This document shows, one piece after another, positions 27,218-40,861 of a stretch of 64,000 bases of DNA. The translations under genes and the position numbers were made by a program. Source of the DNA: Octopus bimaculoides. Its lineage: Eukaryota. The DNA is taken from NCBI RefSeq assembly GCF_001194135.2, contig NC_069003.1, forward strand, positions 480,191-544,190. The letters are read 5' to 3'. The notes beneath the pieces are model-generated. The model was given only the letters and a program-made list of their open reading frames with translations. It was not told the origin of the DNA and did not search any database. Each line of letters begins with the position of its first letter. The stretch's first letter is position 1.

Positions 27218-27508
27218 CAGTGGCTCTCAACTGGGGAGCATATGACCGGGGGGTGACGTGGGGGTGGGGAGCTCGTATGAGCCTTGGGGCTAGGGTGGGG
27301 CTCCATTTAAGGTTTTGCTAAAATTTATCCGTAATAAATCAGTTTTATTTCTTCAATACACAAAATATCAATTTTTTTTAAAAAACATTTCCTAATAAAA
27401 TTTAATTATAAAAAATATTATAGGATTACTTAAAACGTCGAATGGCCACGAGGGTCCACCTGAGTAAAAGGGCCAGTAGGTAAAAAAAAAAAGGGTTGAG
27501 AACCACTG
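27218..27508. mobile_element. hAT-type MITE (291 bp) with 14-bp TIRs and 8-bp TSD
   Basis: Left TIR CAGTGGCTCTCAAC (27218-27231) and right TIR GTTGAGAACCACTG (27495-27508), 1 mismatch; flanks ctgcataa and ctgtacaa (6/8 identical). CAGTGGTTCTCAAC ends and 8-bp TSDs are typical of Charlie/Buster-like hAT elements. Confidence 0.85.
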
Positions 27509-29350
27509 CTGTACAAAATCACGACAAATCGCTCCAGCATGACCGCTGCGGTATATCCCAGCGTGACCGTTGTGCTCTCACCGCCATTACCATCACCACC
27601 ACAACCACTACCACCATCGCCGTCACCACTAATACTAACAATCTGACCCACAGATGGAGCCACGTTACATTCTTTTGCACCCACCTGCTCTCAAGTAAAA
27701 ATATAGACACAAATATTTACACTCATAGAAATACACGTGCTCCCTCACACACGTGTGTGTGTGTATGTATGTCCGTATGTATGTATATGTGCATTCGAGT
27801 TAATGAGTGAGTGAGTGTATGAGCGCGCGTGTGTACACTTCGTTGAAAATCCAAACGTGCCATACATACGCATACATATACGACTGCAACTATTTATATA
27901 CCTAGAGATACTTACCACATGCACAGATATATATACTAGTATATATATATACAAATAGACACACATACACACATGTGTATGTGCGTGTGTGTGTCTGTAT
28001 GGCGACAAAAATACACAACACACATTATGTATACACAACCCACGTAGACGTACACAGATGGAAAGAGACGCACAGCAAATCTACACTCACATAAACACAC
28101 ACAAAGTATGTTGAAAAATGTCTTCTGGCAAAAATAAACAGTGAACCTGTCTAACAAACTGGTTCAGGTGGAACCGTTTACACAGTCTGTGTGTGCGTGC
28201 GCGCGCGCGTGTGTGTGGAGTATATATATATGTATATAGATATGTGTGTGTGTGTGTGAGGATGTTTTCATTTTCCCTGGGAACATAGCTACTTTATAGT
28301 TTCCAAGGCTGACATTCAGAAAGAGTTCGTAGAGAAAAATCACTTCATTATTATTATTAGTAGTAGTAATATTATTATTAGTAGTAGTAATAGTAGTATT
28401 GTTAGTAGTAGTAGTTGAATGTCTTGGGACCAGCCAGGTAAGTTTAGTGAAAACTTCCGGGGGCGATTGCGTGGTGATGTTAGTGGTGGTGGTAGTGGAG
28501 AAGATGTCAAGAGGTGATAGTCATGGCGGCGGCGGTTGTGGTGGTGGTGGTTTAGTGTTTGGAGGAGTGGAGGACGAAGGGCTTCCAAAAGCAAGGAGGA
28601 AATAAAGGAGCAATAGGATGACTAGATACACACACACACAGCCTCAGCAGACATGCAGACAGACCGACAGAGGTTTACAGAGACGCATAACGAAAACGGT
28701 GTGTAACGACCGTCGCACACCGAGACATACGTACACGTAAGCAAGCACACTGATGAACACACATACACCCACCCTCCTATGTATACAGAGGGAGAGGGAG
28801 AGAGAGAAAGCGAGAGAGAGGGGAAGAGAGAAAGCGAGAGAGAGAGGGGGAAGAGAGAAAGGGAGAGAGAGAAGGAAAGACAATACAAAATGGCGTAAAA
28901 ATCTGGTAGTAATTAATGAATTAAGGATAAAACAAGGAAGTTGTACAAATTCAGCAAAAATGGCGACATCAACAGCAACAACAACTTTAACACAATAACA
29001 TCTGAAACGAGCCAATGAAAATGCGTCTATGTAGTCGCTTCAACTGCTGGAAATAGCAAAGAAATCTGCCTCAAAGAACACGTAAAGCACATGGGATAAT
29101 GGAGTCGTAAAGATATTAAGAAAAATCTGGGATGGTCTGGACTGAAACAGATTTTTGTTTTGCTCGAAATGAGCAGAAATTAAACAACTACAACTTCTAC
29201 ATCAATAGGAATCAACAAGAGGGTAATTTAAGGCCGCTCGACTCTCTGGACATGGCAAACCTCCCTGATATCACTCCCCCAATCGCATGAGAAAGAAAAA
29301 AAGAACGGAGGAACTTATCTCATTGGATAAGAGTTGTACGTAAAATATCG

Positions 29351-29553
29351 GTTTCAAATTTCGCTACAAGGCCAACAATTTGAGGAGTGGGGGGGTGAGT
29401 TGATTACATTGACCCCCCCAGGACTCAACTGATTTTATCGATCCCGAAGATGAAAGGCAAAATCGGCCTCGGCGGAATTTGAACTCATAACGAAAAGAGG
29501 GATGAAATACCGATATTTTCCCGGCGTGCTTAGCGATTCTGCCAGCTCGCCGC
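29351..29553 (-). mobile_element. SINE (Nin-domain-like family), near full length
   Basis: gattttatcgatcccgaagatgaaaggcaaaatcggcctcggcggaatttgaactc...gattctgccagctcgccgc is the reverse complement of the 59890 copy type. Confidence 0.85.
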
Positions 29554-29589
29554 TTTTCTTGCGTAAAATATTGTCAGTAAAAAAAAAGG

Positions 29590-29950
29590 TGACCTAGGTT
29601 GGAAAAACTTTTTTATCGTAGGTTTGCTTCAACAGAGCTGACGAGGAGCTAAATAAAAATAGAAACAACATCACCAGCAATAATGTTACAAAGCGAAGCG
29701 AGAATCTTCATCTTCACCTCTCAAGAAATATTTTCCCAAATATTTCAACAAATGTTCATCAAAAACAATATAAAAGTAGGTTACAGCTGCTCCAGTAATA
29801 AAAGTGTTGGAGCAGAAATCGGGACATCGGGAAATCGGGACATACAACTGTTGGAGCAGAAATCGGGACATCGAATGCTAACACAATTCGAGAAATATAT
29901 ATCATGTAACAATCATTGAGGGGCCTCTATGTGGACATTTGACATGATAA
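29590..29950 (+). mobile_element. Penelope-like element remnant (linker before GIY-YIG)
   Basis: MFIKNNIKVGYSCSSN matches the PLE motif IFN.NT+K+SYSCM.N; it is preceded by a G.KF-like segment and followed by SCN..PLCG (cf. CNC...CPL.G.C). Confidence 0.6.
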
Positions 29951-30603
29951 AATAGCAGCCGAATTTCCCACAAATCCTACAAGATAAGAATAGTTCTGGA
30001 TACACTATTCCTGCATGAAAGAAGGAATTAGTAAAGTTAGAATGTTTCTGATCAGAAGTTTGATCGGAGTAAACTCGAAGAGGAGGTCTAAAGAACACCA
30101 AGAACATTGACCAGTCACTGACCATCCACTGAGAAGCTGTCTTTTGCGACACAACAACTCAACTAAGTGAACTTCTACGCAGTCACTCGATCTACAAAGA
30201 ATAGTAGTCAAATCACCCTCAGATTCGGTTTTACTGTCTTAAAAATAGATTGACACATTGAATAAGAACAGCTGAAGACTCTGCAGACAGTATATGAGCG
30301 ATTATGGACAAAAAGTCCAATGTTTAGGAATAGTTGAAGAATTTATGACTTCTGTCTTAAAGATTTCATAGCTCATGCCTCCATACGAAATCTGGTCAAA
30401 GAAAAGAGACCTTATTTCCAACATGTAGCCATGTGACCAAATCTGGTTTTCATTTTGAAATTCTGAAAGGAATTTGTCGGTCTATGGCATCAGGCAACGT
30501 TAATTCGCTCGTCCAGTCGACTCAGGAGTGCACATCCCTAAATGAAGCTGTTTCCACAGAATTCTTTTTAGGAGTTGGTAGACTTGCATATTACTTGCGC
30601 GCG

Positions 30604-30662
<59 letters not shown>

Positions 30663-30964
30663 NNNNNNNNNNNNNNNNNNNNNNNNNNNNNNNNNNNNNN
30701 NNNNNNNNNNNNNNNNNNNNNNNNNNNNNNNNNNNNNNNNNNNNNNNNNNNNNNNNNNNNNNNNNNNNNNNNNNNNNNNNNNNNNNNNNNNNNNNNNNNN
30801 NNNNNNNNNNNNNNNNNNNNNNNNNNNNNNNNNNNNNNNNNNNNNNNNNNNNNNNNNNNNNNNNNNNNNNNNNNNNNNNNNNNNNNNNNNNNNNNNNNNN
30901 NNNNNNNNNNNNNNNNNNNNNNNNNNNNNNNNNNNNNNNNNNNNNNNNNNNNNNNNNNNNNNNN

Positions 30965-30997
<33 letters not shown>

Positions 30998-31794
30998 GCT
31001 TCATAATAAACAACAATGACATGTAAATCCTTTCTTCTTTGCACGAAAATATATACAAATCGTTATATTTACCCCTGAACACACACACACACACACATAC
31101 ATGAATGAATGCAAAGAAATATACGCATACATACAATAATACGCCCGCGCCCGCGCGCACACACACACACACACGTACATACATACACATACACGTGACG
31201 GAAATGAAAGATGATAAAGAATGCGTGGTACACAGAAAATTTAAAAGACGAAAAGATGAAAGAAAATAAGTGTGTGTGTGTGTGCGTGCGTGTATGTGTG
31301 TGTGTGTGTGTGCGTGCGTGTGTGTGATGTCTGCATTACAGAACTCAGATAAGGGAGAAAAAAAAATCTAAAAAAACCCCCAAAAAACAAAAAACAAAAC
31401 GGGGACATGAGAAAAATTTCTCAGACAAAGTCGACCTCAAGATGCTATAAATACATATAGTCTCTTTGGCTCTCTCACACAATCTCACTCTAACACTGTC
31501 TCACACACACACACACACATATGTATATATGTGTCCACACACACACAGCCACACACCTACCAGGAACCAATCATCAGAGTACGAATACTACTCCTTTAAC
31601 TTCCAGCAGGTTTTCTCTCTATTTCACATTCTCAACACTATTTATATAAACACTATTTATATTCCCCTTCGTGTTTCTTACTTTTTTCAACAGATGTCAT
31701 CTATATATTTTATCATAATGTTCATGTTCAATTAAAGTTTAACACTGTTCACGCCTTCTTTCAACCATCTGGCTACATAAAACCTCCATTGATT

Positions 31795-31840
<46 letters not shown>

Positions 31841-33599
31841 ATAATATCAGTATAGATATTGTCTTTTCACAACTATTAATATTGCATCAACATGGCACTT
31901 CAGGTAATGTTATGTAAGATGTCCTACTCCATATTCATAGGTATGTTGGTTCCTAAAACAAAGAATGTATATGTATGTATGTATGTGAGGGAGAGTGAGA
32001 AAGAACAATTCCTTGGATTTTAAGTCTTTAGTAGAATGAATCGGAGATGAATGGAGGCAAATGCTAAAGTATAATAATAATAATAGAAACGGTGTCGTAG
32101 AACTAAAGGTTTTCCGAATGAAATTAATTCGTGGCAATTTTTTTTTTATAAGGGTAGCAAGGTCAAAACTATCAAAAAAGTCAGCTCTATCGGGATGGAG
32201 TGTGGGCTAAACAACAACGACTACTACTACGTATTCCACTGCACTCTCCGAAAATCTTACACCCTTAACTGACAGATCAGTCGAAGTCCCCCCCCCCCCC
32301 AAATCATTTGGGTTACCTAACATGTTACTTAACATGGTATGACCTAATATCTTGATGAATGGAGCAAGATTTTTCTCTCCTTCATTACTGCAATTGTTCC
32401 ATTAAACATTTACTATTTACTTAATCTTATATCTGTCTTAGTCTACCCGGCCATCAGCCTGTGTGTGAATGATTTTTTTTTTGTAATATATATATATATA
32501 TTACATAGCATTTTTTCAAAACACGACTATGAGTTTAATCTTTTTTACTATGGATTTCTTTCATATTTCTTCATTTAGTCTGCTTGAATCAAAGTGTTCT
32601 TAAATCCGTTGCTCTATAAATTTCGAGACTTCCAGAATTCCATTTTCAAAATTAAGTACAATGGTGTGTTATTCGACAAATCTAAATTTTTGTTCCATCA
32701 CGTTCCACTTGGCGCTCTATAAGCACTGCAACAAATACAAGAACACATAGGTACCAGGCCATATGGGAAATGTTAACTTACAAAATATCAGTTTTCTCTC
32801 CAGGGGTGAACCCGGGAGGGATATATATCGAATGCGCTTCATATCATAAAAAAGCGAAGGTAAAGCGCCGTCTGTCAAAAGCCGTCCGGGGGTTTTAACA
32901 GACATTTCGATATTTGCATAAACTCCTCACGCTGCACACAGAGCACATGAACTGACGAGCCAACAGATGGCGAGACTCAGGTCTGCTGCACACCAAATTT
33001 AACAAGTACAACATAGCTACACCTCTTTCACCCCACCCCAAATCAAAAATGCCTCTAACTTCTCGTCCTCTTCCCATATTTCTCACTGAACATCACGTTT
33101 TGCCTCTTCTTCACTTTAACGCCTTTTCGCTTTCTCTCTTTATTTCCGTGTTTATGGATGCGGCTCTGTCTGTCTCTTTCTCTCTTTCTCTCTCTCTCTC
33201 TCTCTCACCCTCTTCTTCTTCTTCTGCCTGCCTGTACTTTTATTTGTTTCTTTTACATTTGTTTAACAAAACATACAATTGCTTCATATATAGTTTTAAA
33301 TTACAATTGTTGGCCCAGCAATTTCATATTGACTGAGAGAGAGGGAGAGAGAGGGAGGGAGAGAGAGGGAGNNNNNNNNNNNNNNNNNNNNNNNNNNNNN
33401 NNNNNNNNNNNNNNNNNNNNNNNNNNNNNNNNNNNNNNNNNNNNNNNNNNNNNNNNNNNNNNNNNNNNNNNNNNNNNNNNNNNNNNNNNNNNNNNNNNAG
33501 GGAGGGGAGAGAGAGAGGGAGGGGAGAGAGAGAGGGAGGGGAGAGAGAGGGACGGAGAAAGGGGAGGGAGTAGGAAAAGCTTTTGAATAAGCAAAATAT

Positions 33600-34150
33600 T
33601 CAGAATTGGAGACTTCACTCGTAGATGTTGCACTTCTTAAGAGAAATTTCTGAGTGGAAGCCTGTTAGGATATTTTCGTGTAACGGCAGCCTATGTAGAA
33701 AATACTGTATGGCAGTTTTGTCTTTTGAAAATGACTGCAAATATTTGACTTTCTGCAAACAATTACAAAGACCTTAATTTTTTGAATTCAAGCCATTTTT
33801 GTTTTGTTATAATATCGAAATCTGTTCCGTTAAGCAATAATGCCAGCTGTTACCATGTTTGTAAGTAGGCACAAATGCAAAACTGCACCAAATTATATTA
33901 AAAGCACTGTCGCAAGTTTTCTTCAAGCTACAAATATATCTCGGAAGCGTAGGTAAAAATTACTCGTTTAAGTTGACTAACGAATGTCTGAGAGAAGTCA
34001 TACGTCTTAAATCAATTTTAAGATTTTGGTTGAGAGCCATCATTCATATCTAACTTGGCACGGCTTACAGGAGAAATGGCAAGGCCGTTTCCCTTCAGCA
34101 TGCAGTTATATTAAGTTCAAACAATTTCAAATGTGTTCAGAGATGGCCTT
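33600..34150 (+). mobile_element. Possible Helitron helicase remnant
   Basis: IGDF.. followed by VWQFCLLKMTANI (cf. GDFRQ...LW..F..L.LT.NMR) and a later R.FP segment; highly degenerate. Confidence 0.25.
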
Positions 34151-34378
34151 ATTGTTGTAAGACAGATGTTTTGCATTAATGAAAGAGACAACGATATTTT
34201 TCCAGCAATAGTAAGAGACTTAAAGAATGTCTATTCAAATACGAGCGCTTCTGAACAGTTTCTGTCTGCTAAATTATCTTCACAAGATATGGATTAACCC
34301 AATACTTTGTTAAAAAAAACAAAGATTTATCGAAGGCGCCAGGTAGTGGTATTGAACCCAGAATCCTGTTACAGATAG

Positions 34379-34416
<38 letters not shown>

Positions 34417-34543
34417 TGCGTGTATTTTATATGTATGCCTACAGATTTATATGAGAGAATTCGGAACACTAAAATAAAAAGGCTGATAGATAAACGTACG
34501 ACTAGATAATATGCTCACCCCACTTTTCGTCATGAACTTCAAC

Positions 34544-34578
<35 letters not shown>

Positions 34579-37212
34579 TATACATTATAATCACCTACAC
34601 ATGTTATTCCGGAATATATTACAATAGTTAATATTCCAGTACGGTCGGCAAATCTTACCACGACATTAAGGTGTGCCTAAATAAAAGTGTAAAATACTTA
34701 TTTATAGGTGTGTGTGTTTGTGCATTGTTGTGGTTATTTCTGAAATGTATATATATATACATATACACACATACATACGTAACTATGTATTCCACTCTAC
34801 GGACGTTTAGTATGGCAGAAATAACAGTAATATTCCTTCAAGTCACATCCTACTTTCTTAAAAAGAAGACAAAACATAAAAAGTGACCGTTTACTATGAG
34901 TGAAATGCGTTTCAACTTCTGTCTGCTCAAGCGGAACTGATCTGGGGTTAACCAACAACATTATACGGAAATAAGCAAATATATAGATGCCATATCTATC
35001 CCGCTATCTCTCAATGTCGAACTATATACACATGCTTCCCCCCCCCCCNNNNNNNNNNTCTCTCTCTCACCAACACATTTATTTGAAAACGTCAGAAAGA
35101 CTACAAGCATAAACTCCGTTTACGTTTCTGCGTCAAACATTAAAACTGCGAATTTACTGTTTGCCAATCCATATGAACTTATCTTCATGTATTGACTTTT
35201 ATTCTGTCTATACACATAGATATGTGTGTATATGTGCATGTTTGCATGCATTCCCCACATAAGTTACTGTGTGTGTGTGTGTTTGTGTGAGTGTATATAA
35301 ATACATATACACACGCACACATAAAGTTTTATGTATTTTCGTTTGAAGAGAACTAATTTAATGTGACAAATTTTGTTGTGAATGAAATTTATGTCGCTAG
35401 GTATATTAGTAGACAGGCCGTATATTGTTATCGATATATTTGGGAGAAAAAGTGAAATATGTTCTTAGGAATTTGTTAGGTTCACTTCATACTTTGCAGA
35501 TAGAAAAATGATAGATGGGTGGATAGAAATTGATAATCTCATAGCAAATGAGATGAAATTGATAGCAACAGTGTGTGTGTGTGTGTGTGTGTGTAAGTCG
35601 TGTTTACATTGCAAATAGTTTTGCCAAAGTAAAGCTCTTCAACAAACGTGGGTTCTATCATTCCATTTTGATTCTTTAAAAGGAGCAGAAGAATTTATTG
35701 TGATTGGTGATAGATTACTTGATATCCTTCAGCGGTAAGCGTCAAATGATTGGTAACTTTGGAAATATTCTTTTATCACCATGCTTAACATCATGAACGA
35801 TGTCATGCATGCTATAATTATAATTTAACTTCGATCGAATTTCTTATTGCTTAAATGAAATGGTAAAATGATGATTAATTTTCGAAAGGAAACCTAAAAA
35901 TTAATATATGTGTGTATAGGTGTGTGTATACAAGTATGTATGCATGCATATATATCAGCCAATATATGTGCAGATTTGTATGTTTTATTCTATGTATATA
36001 TTCTCATGCATATTGTTGCATGTCTAGACATGCTGTATGTATGTGTAAGTGTGCCTGGTTCTCGATCCTGAGACTCCAAGACAACGGTTGAATTAGCCCC
36101 ACATTGCTCCACACGAGGAGGAAACTTCTTAAACGCACATCAAATGTCGTCACACGAAATCCGAACAATACGTTTTGCTTCACTCCTTCAAATAATACTG
36201 TGCACTTTAATGAGTAATACCGCCAGAGTGACCCGACCTACATAAATTAAAGAACGTATTGTAATTCAATATGTTCGATTATTTACCATAAAAAGTACTT
36301 AAAAAATAAATTCCATTTCTGTTAATAAATTCGTACATTCAAGGTCATAAAATCGTTTTAACACTCACAGATGGGCGCACGAAAGCATTTTCAAACTCTC
36401 TCTCTCTCACACACACACAAACACATACTTATCAACGCAGACGTAAACATCCACAAACACAACGACCAAAACAAACAACAAGGAAGTCAATAATGCTATA
36501 CAAGCAGACACACAGACACACATGCGTATCTGTCCTAACGGACACATAGAAACACGTGTACACATGTTTGAAGAAACGAACACACGACCGAAGAACTCTC
36601 ACAACACAACAACCAATCAAAGGAGATGTCTTAGGAGTGGAATACTCTCCTGCGTCTAAATGGTCGCGGCTCGGCCCATTGCATTGTTACGAAGTAGGAT
36701 AGGCAGAAAGGAGAATTCAAGTTATCCTACTCTCCATCAAGCACCATGCTATGGTGAAACTAACTGTCGGAACAGAAGGAAGGTAGAAGGTTCAGCTGTT
36801 AATAAAATGTAGAGAGTACTTTGCAAATTAGGACTAAGATCTCTTTTGCTTAATAATGTTCGTAAATCAGCCCCCCTCCTCATATATATATATATATATA
36901 TATATANNNNNNNNNNNNNNNNNNNNNNNNNNNNNNNNNNNNNNNNNNNNNNNNNNNNNNNNNNNNNNNNNNNNNNNNNNNNNNNNNNNNNNNNNNNNNN
37001 NNNNNNNNNNNNNNNNNNNNNNNNNNNNNNNNNNNNNNNNNNNNNNNNNNNNNNNNNNNNNNNNNNNNNNNNNNNNNNNNNNNNNNNNNNNNNNNNNNNN
37101 NNNNNNNNNNNNNNNNNNNNNNNNNNNNNNNNNNNNNNNNNNNNNNNNNNNNNNNNNNNNNNNNNNNNNNNNNNNNNNNNNNNNNNNNNNNNNNNNNNNN
37201 NNNNNNNNNNNN

Positions 37213-37251
<39 letters not shown>

Positions 37252-37935
37252 TGTTACGTGTCTGTATTTCCCTCTTTCTATCTCTGTATATTTTCGTATA
37301 CTTGTTTGCGCCTCTATATTTAACCGGCTTTTCATATGTGTGTCATGTGTGTGTGTGTGTGTGTAATATTTATGCTTTAATTCTTATGATTTATAAAACG
37401 TGGCTAGAGATTCTGTTAAGCACAAAAGTGCTCCAAGACAGTTGCAGAGTTTGATATTTAATGCCTGTAGCTACTTCCTTGTCATGGGATCAAGTCAGTA
37501 TCCTTCAGGGGTTTACACACAGCAGCCCTTAATAAACTTTCTGCAGCAGTTTGGGAAGCAAAAGACAAGCTGTGTCCAAATCGGGACATTAGTGTGAATC
37601 ACAGCAGTGAAATATCCACGGGCACTAGATAGTTGCGCGCGTGCGTGTGCATGTGTGTGTGTGTGTGTGTGTGTGTGCGTAAACAAAAACGAGCCAAGAG
37701 AAATAGCTGCAAGTGGCCGGTGGCATGTACTTAAGATAAATACCAGAATATCAAATAACATACAGCAAAAATTTTTCATTTCTTAAAATTATCTCCGCGT
37801 TTAGAAGATGTTTCCTAATTACCAAAAAGCAGTTACGTCCGGCTCCACTTGAGAAAAGGAGACAATCTTAACGCTTAAGAATTCTCCATTTGTAGGCATT
37901 TATATTCCCCACCATCCCACACACAAATATATTGA

Positions 37936-38130
37936 TTTCACATTTTGGCACAAGGTCAACAATTTCTTTGGGTGGGGTATGTCGATTGCATCACCACACA
38001 CCCCAGGGCTCACCTGGTACTTACGTTCTCGAATAGATGAAAGGCAAAGTTGGCTTCGGCGGAAATTGAATTCAGAAAGTGAAGACCAACGAAATGTCCG
38101 GTCTGCTAACGATTCTGCCAGCGCGCCGCC
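37936..38130 (-). mobile_element. SINE (Nin-domain-like family)
   Basis: gatgaaaggcaaagttggcttcggcggaaattgaattcag...gattctgccagcgcgccgcc; aligns by eye to the 29351-29553 copy. Confidence 0.85.
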
Positions 38131-38367
38131 GCAAAATATTTAAAGACCCTTTGTAATTCTAGGTAGAGATTGAAACCGTCACTTCTCCATTAAGTTAGTA
38201 CTAACCAACATATGTTTTAAATAATACAAACAACAAAAATTGACTGAAAAGGGATTGAATGCAAGTGAAGCATTTGATATTGCATTTCGATTGGTCGCAG
38301 TTGTATTTTATTTGAACTTTTTAATAAACCGAGAGCAACGAATCCAATTTACGAACTCAGAGCCCAC

Positions 38368-38407
<40 letters not shown>

Positions 38408-38725
38408 CACACACACTTCTCTATTCGGGGATATCCTGCACATTTTCTGTCCATCAAATACCACCTATAAGCTGTTAGTCAACATACATTTATTTATATA
38501 AATTACTTTGTTACATAAATACCTCATTATTATCTACATGTTAGAGTGTGTGTGTGTGCTGTGTGAGTGTGTGTGTGTGCTGTGTGAGTGTGTGTGTGTG
38601 CTATGTGTGTGTGTGTGCTGTGAGTGCTGTGTACTCGTGTGCATCCGTTAACATAGTTGGAGGTGTGACCTCGTCAACAATAGAGTGAAGTTTATTACTT
38701 GGTGCAGTGCAAAGCACTTTGCATT

Positions 38726-38772
<47 letters not shown>

Positions 38773-39434
38773 CACATATCACACACAAATGCACACGCCC
38801 GCGCACACATTTATATATACATGTATATGTGCGCGTACACGAGTCTATATGTGAATGCATGCGTACGTTCGAGCTTATTGTCCGATTCTTGGCCTTAATG
38901 TCAGTCATCCATTGTGTGTTCGCCGCCCAGATCAAACATAAAACACTTGAATCCGTCAACCCTCTTCACCTGTCTCTATTTCAATATATTTCTTTCAGTC
39001 ACTCTCTCTCTCTCTCTTTCTCTTTCTTTCTCTCTCTCTCTGATACACATGCAACCATTCATAAAGAACACAAAGCAGAAAGTTGAAGAAAATAATGGAA
39101 AATAAAACGTTTCTTTTTTCGGGTATAAAAAACACTTAACACCCTAAATATTTACTCGAAAGTTCTCTGGAAAGCATAAACCACTTCATTTGTTTGGTCC
39201 AAGCGTTTTCATGTATCTTTGTGTTTTCTATTATATTTCTTTTCTAAACTCGTCTCGTGTTAAACTTCTGTCAATTGTATTACGCTCTCATGAACTCCAT
39301 TCGTTCTCGACGCCAACTCTCTCTCCTCTCTTTCTTTCACTCTCGTTTTTAAGGCTTCTCTCTCTTTCCGCCCCTCTCATTTGCGCTGTTCTCTCTCTTT
39401 GCGAAAAAGAAGCAGTGGCAATGTTCTTGCTATT

Positions 39435-39610
39435 GTTGTTTAACCCGAGTCCCTCCTATTACTGCAAGACCTTTTGTCGATTGAATTCCGACGGTGACCA
39501 ACCCGTCTATTATTCAGAGATAATGCACCAAGGACGACATTATCCAATATGTCTAATTTTGAATCCATCGTAGGATATTTGAAGGAAGTTTGGCTGTTAT
39601 TTCTTGCACG
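39435..39610 (-). mobile_element. SINE/LINE 3' tail fragment
   Basis: ttgttgtttaacccgagt...gacggtgacca...gaaggaagtttggctgttatttcttgc is the reverse complement of the aagaaatagcagccaaa... tail family. Confidence 0.55.
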
Positions 39611-40005
39611 GTGTGTATACGTATACACATACATACCTTCATATATATTTACAAACATAGATACACATAAAAAATGTATCCACGAAACATACTTCAGACG
39701 ACAAATGTAAGAAATTTTAGTAAAAACATTTAAATTTTAAATTTCATGCAAAAGAAAAAAATGCAACACACACACACACACCTGTATGTAATCTACAAAA
39801 CGTACTTCAGACAACCAATGTAATACACAAACGTTAATGTAAACGCGAACATAAATTTGTTGATTTCGATTCTTTTTTTGGAAGCACAAGTACGACACTG
39901 TTTCTGCCATGGATCATTCATTTAGAAAAAGGAACCATTACTTAACAGTTTAAGCAAAGCAAGAGAGAACAACAATAGCTGACCATCGGGTATCAGCACC
40001 ATCGG

Positions 40006-40274
40006 GTATCCACCCTAAGCCCCCCAAATCGAAAATTAGCTGGAGAAACTATTTACAAACACCGATTTTAAGCACAGATATTTTATATTCACTGCTAATT
40101 GCTTGGATAACTGCTACATTATCACCCATGAAACTCCATCGTATTAAAAAAAAAAAAAGACGAGTATTTTGAGTGATGAACTCGTAGATACCCGCAAGTA
40201 CAAACTGAGTGGTCCTTGCTAAAATAGTGTCGACCGTGGGTTTTGTAGGATTCTTGGGGTGGGGGAGTGGATAC
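40006..40274. mobile_element. Possible MITE with imperfect TIRs
   Basis: gtatccaccctaagccccccaaatc on the left versus the reverse complement of the right end, gtatccactcccccaccccaagaatc; no clear TSD. Confidence 0.35.
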
Positions 40275-40622
40275 AAACACACAACATTCCCGAAGAATGG
40301 TAATTAAGTTATCTCCTAAGATTCCTGCAGACTCCTACATTAGAAACTAAAGTATGAAGCATTAGTTTAAGAAGCACGCGGTGATTACAGTCTGTATGTG
40401 GTGGCGGGGAGGAAGGAGTTTGTCATCGTCTTATGCGGAAGAATGTAAAAGAGTAAATACCTCCTGAGGAACATTTTGGAGAGAGAGAGAGAGAGAGAGA
40501 GAGAAGAGTATGTGTATGTGTGTGTGCCTATTGTGATGGTGTTGGGGAGATATGGCAAGAAATATGGTCGACTTAATACTTGAGAGAGTCCCCCATCCAA
40601 ATCTCCGCCGTCTACTTCAAAG

Positions 40623-40665
<43 letters not shown>

Positions 40666-40827
40666 TATATATATATGTGTGTGTGTGTATGTGTGTGTGT
40701 GTGTGTGTGTGATATTTGACTTATTTAGTTTGGCTGAATGTGTGCCATTGCAATGATGTCGTTAAACCAGCACCTTCCAGCCATGACCAAATATTTGATT
40801 ACACGTCGCGAAGTACTTCGTCAGTTT

Positions 40828-40861
<34 letters not shown>

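Noticed and set aside
28430-28445. Perfect plus-strand donor CAG|GTAAGT
   Set aside because: It is embedded in (TAG)n low-complexity sequence with no upstream acceptor tract.
30250-30590. Faint gypsy-integrase-like words on the minus strand (LHLG, W..VG, SSAV)
   Set aside because: Too degenerate to call without a profile search.
40374-40384. 11-nt match to miR-124 (GCACGCGGTGA)
   Set aside because: The seed is not matched and there is no complementary arm to form a precursor hairpin.
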